Shown here piece after piece: positions 54,320 to 64,000 of a stretch of DNA of 64,000 nucleotides. The translations under genes and the position numbers were made by a program. How positions within the stretch are numbered: the first letter of the stretch is position 1; every line of letters begins with the position of its first letter. The stretch lies in the NCBI GenBank assembly GCA_000320545.1, contig ADNK01002363.1:1-64000 (forward strand), in the 5' to 3' direction. Source of the DNA: Bigelowiella natans CCMP2755 (taxonomy: Eukaryota; Protista; Cercozoa). Below the pieces are notes generated by a model. It searched no databases. It saw only the letters and a list, made by a program, of their open reading frames with translations, and was not told the DNA's origin.

Positions 54320-55365
54320 CCACACACACACACACACACACACGCACAAGTAGCATCAACATCGATAAGATTCTCTCCATTGCATCGAGAGCACTCGTGA
54401 AGGTAGGTTGTTCACTGAATATAACCATTTTCCTCCGTATACGTCCACTGGATCCACAGCTAAATACCAACGAAGTAGAATCATAAGGAGGAGGAAGCGA
54501 AAGAGACCAAAACGCTTGGAGAGTAGAGGAGGCAGTCGTAGGAACGACAATCACACCGAACGCAGAGCAAGCTGCTGCTCTTACGAGGCTACATGCGAGG
54601 TGGTTTCACAGGCAATTCACCTCAATCTCGCCGAAGTTTCCGGAATCAAAAGTTTTGTCCACCTGAAAGTAGAGGCAGGGCGAAGGAAGGGTAGGGGGGG
54701 GGGGGAGGAAAGACCGGGGATATCGAGTCAAAACCTTGACGCGCGTTTTTGCAAACGTGTCGCAATGAGTGTTTCCCCCTTCTTCCGCACACTCACCAGC
54801 GGGAACCATCCACGTATCGTATGATTCTCCAAGACCTGCGACAGGACGGGGAGGGGATGATAATACGCTTTAGTTTCAAGTGAAGTGGAGGAGGGGGAGC
54901 AGCGCACAGCGACATAACGACACACCTCCATGCTATGGTGATGGTTGAAGTATGGGGACAAATAAATCCACTTGAGCGTCTTAACCCATTGCCCTGAGGA
55001 GGATAACAATCGATCAACCGCACGCCAGTGGAGGAAGAGAGAGAAAGAGATAGAGAAATGAGTGCGGGGAGATGCAGTGAGAAAGGTTTTTGATGATGAC
55101 GATGATGACGACGACGACGATGATGATGATGATGATGACGACGATGACGGACGTCGTCGCAAGTTGGTATTGTTAACCGAATGACAATATCATACTGCCG
55201 GTCCTAAGTCTTCTCCCGATAGTGACAACAACAACAACAACAATAATAATAATAATACCGATGATTTCCTTCTTGACCAAGGTTTCGTTGACCACCTGTT
55301 TGCGTATTACTCAGAACCTTTGAGCCACCTGCCCACTCCCCCCACTCCCCTTGCTTTGCAAACTC

Positions 55366-55436
<71 letters not shown>

Positions 55437-58400
55437 TTCTCATCCTCCTCCCCCCTTCTGCTCTTCTTCCTCTTCATTGAGAAAGAGAAAATTACCTGGA
55501 CGTTCAGCACCGATGACGGGTCCGTTATCTGCAGATAAGAATAGGCAAACAACCATCATCGGAGATGAACGAAGATAACAACAAAAAACCCGACGAAAGA
55601 AAGCAGCGACGGCTGACGGTGATATTGGGGACTCAATGCGCGCGCACGCGTGTGTGTGAAGGAGGGAGATGGGGACGGGGGGAGATGCAGGAGGATGAAG
55701 ATGATTGAGAATTTTAAAATAAACACAAATTGTCCGCGCGCAATTAAGTATTTATCGATATCCCTCTCCCACCCCTTGTGGTAGTAGTACCGGGGACAGC
55801 TCGAACGACTCGTCTATTATGGGAGAATGGTTTTGCATGTGCAGCCGAGAGGATGCTAAGAAGAACAAGAAACGTGTGTGTCAGGGACCACAGCTAATGA
55901 TGAAACATCTGCAAACAATTAACGAGATCGGAGCAATATTCTAGCGTGAAACAGCCATGCCACTGCCAATCGCCGCACCACCACCACCGTCATCATCACC
56001 TATCTTCTCCCGGACTTTCACATTAAGCTGATTAATTAAACCCGATCGCAAACAGCAGAAGACGAGGTGGAGGCGAGAGGGGGGGGGGAAGTTGATGCAG
56101 ATTTAAGTGTATGGTGGAGGAAAGTAAACATGGTGCAGTCGTCGTCTTCTTCTGTCTACACACACTCTAGCCACCACCACCACCACCACCACTAGTAGTA
56201 GTAGTAGCACCTGTGTGGAAGCAAACGCTCACTCTTATGAGCAAATTCACGCGCATCTCCCCCCCCCACCCCCCCCCCCTTCCTTATTACCCGCACATTT
56301 GGTGCATCTTTGCCCCCTGCGAGGTTTCGGCATCTGGTAGATAGATAGGTAGATAGATAGATAGATAGATGAATGATGGCAAGGGGAGAGGGTGCGAGCA
56401 GAGAACGAATGACGGCAAGAGAGCAGAGCAGAGCCAAAGGTGGAATCAAATGCAGTTCGGTTCAGTCTATCTCGCATGTTTTCCTAAGTCAGTGAGAGAT
56501 GCACCTGAGCGCCCGAACTCTCAGGGTATTTGGCCATTTGCCTGGCCCCAACGCGCGTTCTATCGAACGCTTGCACTCGCCTATTTAAGGGTTGAATGGT
56601 GAATTTACTGCAGCAGCCCCTGCAAACGACACATTCTTCTTTATCATCATCGTCAACTTCTTCTTCTTCATTGCTTTCAGCTTCCTTCTCACCTATAGCA
56701 AGGTCGCGTGTGAAGCCATTGATATTGAAGACCCTAATAAACGTGTTGTTCATGGATGAATCAATGAATGATGGTAAAGTAGTTGAGCAAGGGAGATGTG
56801 ACGAGGAAGGAAGCAGGGAGGGGTGGGGGGGGGGGGGTTGCGAAGAAAACCAGAGAGCCTACGAAAATTTTGGATGATTATTCTGCCTCTCTAGTCACAC
56901 ATGGATGAAGTGAGAAGATACACTGCATGATGACAACCATCATCCCCTCTCCTTCCCCTTCCCCACCCGATATCAACAAGTAATTCACGAGGCATCGTCC
57001 TCACCCTTGGCTCATTGCGAACTGGATCGTAAGGCCTAGCGTGCATGCAGCAGCAGCACCACCACCACCACCAACAACAACAACAGCCGCAATTGGCATT
57101 TAACGCACAACGACGCTCTGCTCACCATTTCAGCAGCACCCTTTCTACAGCCCCCCATTCTAGCTAATAATGCCAACCCGAGTGTTTATTGATTTAGGGT
57201 ACACATGACATCAGGATTCCTATGATGATGACTGTGTCAATTGTAGATCATCATCATCATCGTTCGTCGTCGTCATCATCATCATTATCATCATCATCAT
57301 CATCGTCGTCCTTGTTGTCCATATATAGGCGGCTCTATATCAGCTTCTCCTACTCGCACTCACCCTCGATATCGATGTTCTTGAATTCCACAAGAGAGCA
57401 GTACCTCATCTGCTTTGCATCCTACGATAAGCATCAGCGCTAAGTCAGACCCTGCTACGCAAAATCGTGCCGCACATCAACACCCTCCGCCCCCCCCTTT
57501 CTTCCAATCTGATGCTCATACGGGACCAGTGTGCGACTAAAATAACAACATCATTGGAAGAGATAACCTTTGAAGCCTCGAACGATATACCCAGCTGGCA
57601 CAACGGCGAAATCAGACCTATATGGTGGAGGGGGGCGGGGGGGGAAGAAGGAGGAGGAGTGGGTAATAGCTACATAACAGCTTTGGATAGCGTCGTACTG
57701 TACTGTTTTTCTTATTTTATGAATAGTAAGGTGGTAGTAAAGTAGCGGTAGTAGTAGTAGTTGTAGTAGTAGTAGTAGTAGTAGTAGTAGTTGTTGTAGT
57801 AGTTGTAGGATCAATAGTAGTGATAGTGGTAATAGTGGGTGTAAGCTCCAAAATCCTACCTTCATCTTCTCCCACCCCCCCCCACTTTCAGACAGAACAA
57901 CCGCTGCTGCTGCTGCTGCTGCTGCTACTACTACTACGACTACGACCCCACAGTTCTTACTTGCTCTGCGTTTGCCAGCCGCTCTTGGATCTCCATATAG
58001 CACCTGTTCAATAAATACAACTTAAGAAGAAGAACAAAGATGCGGAGAAAGCATGGCACAGGGAGGGAATTCACTTCGTGCAACCTAGATTGATGAGGCA
58101 GGGGGGGAGGTGGGGAAGGGGGTGGAGTCAGTAAATTATCAGGTAAACAGGCAGCATGTGCAGATGCCGCTGTGGCCGTGAAGAGAGACCTCCATGTTCT
58201 GTTTCGAGTCTTTGCTGTTCTTCCTCTTCTTCTTCGTCGCATCATGGATATCATACCACGTTTTGTCCTGGAGAGGAGGAGGACGCATCACGTTGTCGTC
58301 GGTGAAAGTTGGCGATGTGCGCAGATAACACAGTAACATGCGATCATATTTCCCTGATTGTGCCTCATATGCATATGCGCGCGCGCCGCTGCTGTGGCGA

Positions 58401-59043
58401 GATGACCTTCAACCCTTTGGCGACACCAAGGTGGATCGTAGCTAAGAAGTAGGATTTGACGAGAAATTATAAGGGTAATGCTGCTGCTAATGATGATGAT
58501 GGTGATGATAATGATGATGATGGTGATGATAATGATGATGATAATGATGAGAGTGAAAACAGGGATGGTGATAAGAATAGGAGAAGGGGGGGCGGAGCAG
58601 CGGCTGTCATCTTCCTCGCCATCATTAATTACAAATTTTCCTTATCATCATCAATCACACATAAGAATTAACGGACGCAACCTCATCCAGCTCCACAGTT
58701 GTATAGCCAACTAATTCGCTGCCTATGATGCTCTTGTGCCTATAGAGCATGATCTGCAGCCATACGAATGGACAAACGTCGGGTTGGGCGGGGGGGGGGG
58801 GGGAGGGGGGGGTTCTGATTGCGCATACGCATATGTACTACTACTACTACTACTACTACTACTACGACTACTACTATATTAGAACTCGAGGGAAGCACAC
58901 CACAAATCACACGAGGAGGAGAGAAGAGATATATTGGCACTTCTTCGCAAAGCCATGTCGCTTACACGAACAACCAAAAACTATCATCGAAGTCTTCCTA
59001 GGATCACATCGATCAAATAGCTACTTTGTCACTACAATACTAT

Positions 59044-59075
<32 letters not shown>

Positions 59076-62000
59076 ATGCTAGTGGTGGCATGCTACTACT
59101 ATTGCTACTACTACCTTCAATGGAACTTCTTGATCCCTGTTCACCTGGTGGTGTTTCATATCAAAGAGCAACGTGTAAGTAAGGAGGTAAGAGCAGCGAC
59201 GATATAGGAGGGGGGGTTAAGCTCTCCTCCAACCAACAAGCACACATGTATGCGTACATATATGCGTGGGTGTGTTCGTGAAATATCGACGACTCTGCAA
59301 TATCTAAAGGGAGGAAGAGGAGGAGGAGGAGGAGGAGGGGGAGGGGGGGATATGAATAGCTACCTGTTGCGGGGAGAGCTTGAACTCTTTGAAATGTGGA
59401 TTGGTGACATCAGCAATCTCCTCCGTCTACAAGTAAAGTTGGGAGTGTGTGCATGCATGTGCGGGTGTGTGCGTGTGCACGCCCTGGAATTCATTTTCCT
59501 GCATCATCACTCAAAATGAGAGCAGAACACAGCCCGAGCTAGGAGGCATCATCATCAGAGAGAAGGTGTGATAAGTTATCACGGTGGCTATCAGCAGCGC
59601 CGCCGCCATTATCTCCACCAGAAACAATTCCGTGCTTCAGTGTTCTTCTAGTGACACTTGCCTACAACAGATGCTACCTTGTATAAGATACGATTACAGT
59701 GCTCGACTTTGAGGCAGTAAGTTTTTCCTTTGTGCTCCAAGCTACGCAGATCAAAGAATGATCAAAGAAACCAAATTCAAGGCGCAGTATATATGTGGGT
59801 GGGTGTGTGAAAGTGTGCTTGCGAGCGAGTTGTGTGCGGCTGAATCGTGCTGCATCCCCCATGGTTCCAACATCGGCGGCGGTGTGTATTGGAAGGTCAA
59901 AATGAACCTTTCTCAGCATTCAAAAAGTTATTTATATTTTTTTAAATTCTAAAGTTGGAAACTCTGAGAGAACATCGGCAGATTCCGGAGCGAGAACATC
60001 ATTTTTATCGATCCTGCAATTCGTGGAGGAAAACGGCATTCAGTCACGTAGCTGAAAGTACGTATTGGGAGAGTGGTTGTCATCGTCGGCGTGTTCGGTG
60101 TGCGCTTACCCTTGTTTCTGGCTTTTATACGAGAGTATGCAGACGGAAAGGGGCTCCACTAAGCATGTCCGAGGTGTGTGTGTGGGGGGGGGGGGCGAAA
60201 GAGAAAGGAACGAACGCATTAGAGGTAGGAGATGGGACGACCAACAACGGTGATAGGGCACACGTGAATGGCTGTTTGTTGATGTGTTTCATGAGGTGGC
60301 AAGCAAGAGGACGAAGGGCGTGGTAGTAGTAGTAGTTGTAGTAGTAATAGTAGTAGTAGTAGTAGTTGTTGTAGTAGTAGTAGTAGTTGTGGTAGTAGAG
60401 CGCATCGTGCATCATCACACATTCCGGGCCAAAATCTGTCTCTTACAACGGGCTAATCTCTGCTGCCAAACCTTGCACTGGGAGAAATTTCGCAATCCCC
60501 ATAGGTCCGAGAACAGAATGGAGACGGTGAAGTCGCAGTGCCTGTGTTGTTGTTGTCGTAAGTGTGAGTAGAATCATTAAAATGAGGAGACCAAAGAATT
60601 ACTAGAGCACTGGTGTCGTCCTTTTTTTAGGGTTTTTTAGGTATGAGTTACAGCAGCAGCAGCATCAGCAGGAGAAGGAGGAAAGAAGTAGCAAGCAGTG
60701 TAAGGGGAGAACAGGTTTAAAGACTGCTCAACTGTGCTTGCTTTTTTTTTCCTCTTCCGCCCCCTCCCCCCTCCTCAGTATTATGGGAATGACTAACCGG
60801 CACTCTAGAAACCACTTGTTTGACTCCTCCTTAAATTCCACCGAGTTTCCAAACTTCACATCCGACACCCGTACCTTCATCATCGCAAGGGGAGGGGGGG
60901 GGGGGAGACTCTCATTGGAGGTGCAGGCGAGGGAACACAACATGCATGGTGGATCGGATACGTCTACTCCTTCACCTCTCCCCACCCCCATCACTACTGC
61001 TACGTCGGCATGCCAAGTATTGTGGATAGGTAATCTCGGTAACTCAGCATGATTCGCCCCTCCTGCCCCCCCCCCTCCTCACATGAATGCACAGCTTGTT
61101 CATATCTTGGATCCAGGGCTGTGAAGGAGGGAGAAAGAGAAAGAACAAAACAACGAGTAGTCATGACGACGGTGCCCCTCCTCTCTCCATCAATGCTTGT
61201 ACAACATCATTGCCACTTGCGGCAGCAAGCATTCTCTCATCCGGCATACGAATAACAATACACAGCATCATCGGCAGCGGGGGGGGCAACGAATGAACGA
61301 CAAACAGCAGCAGCAACCATGAGCTGAATGGTCCCGAACTCGAGTGGGTGCTTGTTCATCGCGGTGTAGTGAAGAACTGTGGTCAGAAACCACCTTTGGA
61401 AAGAGGCGAGGAGGGCGTTAGCAGCAGCAGCAACAACAGGCATGAAAAAGAAGCAGCATGACGAAAGGGTATCCATCACCAGCGCCTTCAAATACAACTT
61501 CTGATGGGCTGATGGCTCGCTCGACTAGTGCTGCACGAGGACATCCTCGATAGAATCGTGGCGCATGATCGATGTTTGAAAGGTGATAAATAATCCTCGT
61601 GAAGACGACGAGGGGTTTCGCCCTGCGAAACGGTGTGGCAAGGCCGACATTGCCGGCCTTCTTCGAGCAGTTGCGATTTCGTAGAACTTCCTTACTTTAT
61701 TTTATTTTGATGAAAAAATGGCCAAACACGGGTGTTGTAGCTAGTTCTTACCCCAAAAGCCTAGGAATAAGGAGGAAGAAGGCTACAATTGACCCGACGT
61801 ACATTACCCAATACCTGAGCAGCAAAAGGGGGGGGGGGGGGGGATCGTCATATAATGACGAGAATGATAGTGACGATGAGGAGAGACTCCACAGTTCGCC
61901 TCCTCACAGGAACACAGGGAAAGAGAAGCGACAACACGGAGAGCGGTTGGAAGAAGAAAAGAAGGAGAAGAATAACCGGTAATAACACAGAAAGAAAGAA

Positions 62001-62382
62001 AGACGGCGAGAAGAGCAATTCTCACCCAACGTATGTGACTGGATACCACAACACGAGCACAATGAGGTACAGTGCCTGTATGTGAAACGACAGGAGCTTG
62101 GGGCCTGCACGAGATAGCGAACATGTCAATATCACAACACACAAAAACAAAGACAGCAAGAAAGTAAACTAATATCGTGAGGGAGGCTTCGAATCCACCA
62201 TCTCCTGGGTATTATTGCTAAGGGGCTGTAATAGGAAGAATCTACCGAAAACGGGAATCATCCAGGACAGAACGCTGAGGGTGAGGGTGAGGAGGAGGAG
62301 GAGGAGGAGGAGGAGGAGGAGGATATAACCGACACATTTCCAAATATCATTTGTTTCGCTGTCTTCGCTGGATTGCTACACT

Positions 62383-62436
<54 letters not shown>

Positions 62437-62888
62437 TATATTGTTGGATGAGCGCAGATTATGAGCGCAACCACCGGAACAAGATGAGGAAGTTTCTCAG
62501 CTTAACCCATGTCGAATCAGGCCAGAGCGTGTCCCATAAACGATATTCCTGTAATAACAGCAACTCTTCAACACACAGAGCCGCGGATTTAATGCCCCCC
62601 CCTCCTCCCCTTTTTCCACCCCCACAGCGGCTCACATGCATGTCAGGAATATGAAACGTCGGGGCTCTTTTGAATGAGGGGGGCATTTGGTCCGCTTTCG
62701 CCATGGAGAAACAACCACCCGAAGAATATTCTTCTTCGGTGACAGTATCATCTCTGTATTTGTAGGACGGGTGGACGTTGAAAGTCTCCATCCCGATTTT
62801 CCTCATCAATCTCTCTTCCCCCACCCCTCATCGGTTACATTGTGCATGGGCTCTCTGGAGGGAGCTTGTTTAGAAGTTTTCAAAGCTG

Positions 62889-62922
<34 letters not shown>

Positions 62923-63254
62923 TGAATGTGTTGCGAAATGCTGCCATCCGGTATCGTCGCAGCAGCCCAAAATATGTACCGCGGAAGAACCAAAATCCAA
63001 GGCAAATACGAGTAGCAGGGTGTGGTGTGTCGGTGAAGACGACATTCATGAAGTTAAACATAATATAATATATATATATATATATATATATCGTCAGTTG
63101 CGCAATACGTTCATGAAGGTTTCGAGTCCGCTGCGAGAGTACTGAGGAGCACACACATACACGCACACAGACAGACAGACAACAGATGATACAACTAACA
63201 CCCGAGGGAACCCTCCCATTTTACCACGCAATACATATCTCTCCTCGTTGATCG

Positions 63255-63285
<31 letters not shown>

Positions 63286-63485
63286 GTGTGTATATATGTG
63301 TGTGTGTATGTGTATGTGTGTCTGTGTGTGTGTGTGTGTTATAGATAGGGCAAAGGTCCGGGCAACAACAACAACGCTAGGACAATCGTACGCACAAGGA
63401 ATGTAATCGCCTCCCAGGCTTTTCTTTCGAATTGAAGTGCTGAGCTGCATGCGGCCTGAATCAAACAGCACAACACACACAAATG

Positions 63486-63532
<47 letters not shown>

Positions 63533-63810
63533 TATAAATTTGCACAGCCTATAATGATTCTGCTAGCTCCTTTGAAGCATTACGGGAAGACTTATCCTTA
63601 CCGATGCTGACAGAGATGATTGAGCCTGTTTTGCCTCTTTGAGTTTCATCACATTATTGTGCGCGAAGTCTAGACCTGGGGGAGTTGGAAAGTTATTTCA
63701 GCTACAGAATAGGGATGTCGGTTGTTCGTGGTCGCCTTCTTCTCACCGGAAGAGCCTTTTTGTTCAGGGGAAGCTGCAGCCACGAATGGTGCATCCTTTC
63801 CGGAATCTGA
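46364..63810 (-). CDS. Large multi-C2 / PH / EF-hand protein gene, >30 small exons, 5' end probably beyond the window
   Basis: Fully spliced C2 at ~49990-51080: IIRVMGANDLPIMDLNGSSDPYFFISLK...KTRNPIYNEFFYLYPV...ISFFDHDNLSKDDYIGCVK. PH-like GLVEINISGKWKLSFAEFKGNTLFFW (~52230-52490). Further C2-like pieces ITDPSSVLNVQ..IRGWFPL..GEIE (~54610-55530) and ILYKTEEIADVTNPHFKEFKL (~59360-59740). EF-hand-like MLDKDKSRRLTMDE (~47610-47950). Treating it as one gene is an inference. Confidence 0.7.
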
Positions 63811-63832
63811 GGATCACAGTGATGATGATGAC

Positions 63833-63866
<34 letters not shown>

Positions 63867-63900
63867 TTGGTGACGATGATACAATGATGGTTGTGACGAT
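46600..63900. repeat. Dense intronic microsatellites throughout the C2/PH gene
   Basis: (CAT)n, (CTA)n, (CA)n, (CT)n, (TA)n, (GGA)n, (GATA)n and polyG/C runs every few hundred bp. Confidence 0.95.
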
Positions 63901-64000
63901 GGCGGAGTGAATGACGGAAGAATGGAGGTGATTTGGCTGCCAGATCAAGTGGCGTTCTCATCGTCATGCACTACCAATATAAGCGGTCTTGTCCTTAATA

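Noticed and set aside
57405-57445. Small-GTPase-like fragment LMLIVGCKADE
   Set aside because: No P-loop or DxxG exon was found nearby and the reading frame of this exon is unresolved.

Overview
Eukaryotic nuclear DNA, most likely from a chlorarachniophyte alga. This is inferred from signal+transit bipartite leaders, a green-type thylakoid FKBP16-3 and a Zn2Cys6 factor. The window is a mosaic of two sequence types. One type is conserved genes split into many tiny exons by microsatellite-filled introns: an Inturned-like longin gene (-), a UFD1-family gene with a C-terminal p97-binding motif (-), and a >17 kb multi-C2/PH/EF-hand gene (-). The other type is microsatellite-poor blocks with intron-poor genes: a SAM-TM-coiled-coil type II membrane protein, a GT25 glycosyltransferase, a multipass membrane protein, a damaged REJ/GPS polycystin-like receptor, a plastid-targeted ARMT1/DUF89 phosphatase, a leader-bearing CAMK-like kinase, a ~2200-aa membrane-anchored MICAL-like flavoenzyme and a Zn2Cys6 transcription factor. 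The most striking unexplained signal is a set of sharply bounded 0.4-1.1 kb tracts, mostly between genes, where TpA is almost absent. By hand count there are 25 TA in ~2.9 kb over four tracts, and 18 of them are in CTAG. TG/CA are abundant and CpG is retained. One tract overlies the eroded 5' end of the REJ gene, where Tyr codons appear to have become Cys/His. This suggests a locally targeted, context-specific A-to-G (TA to TG/CA) hypermutation process, RIP-like but acting on adenine. All exon models were read by hand and are approximate.
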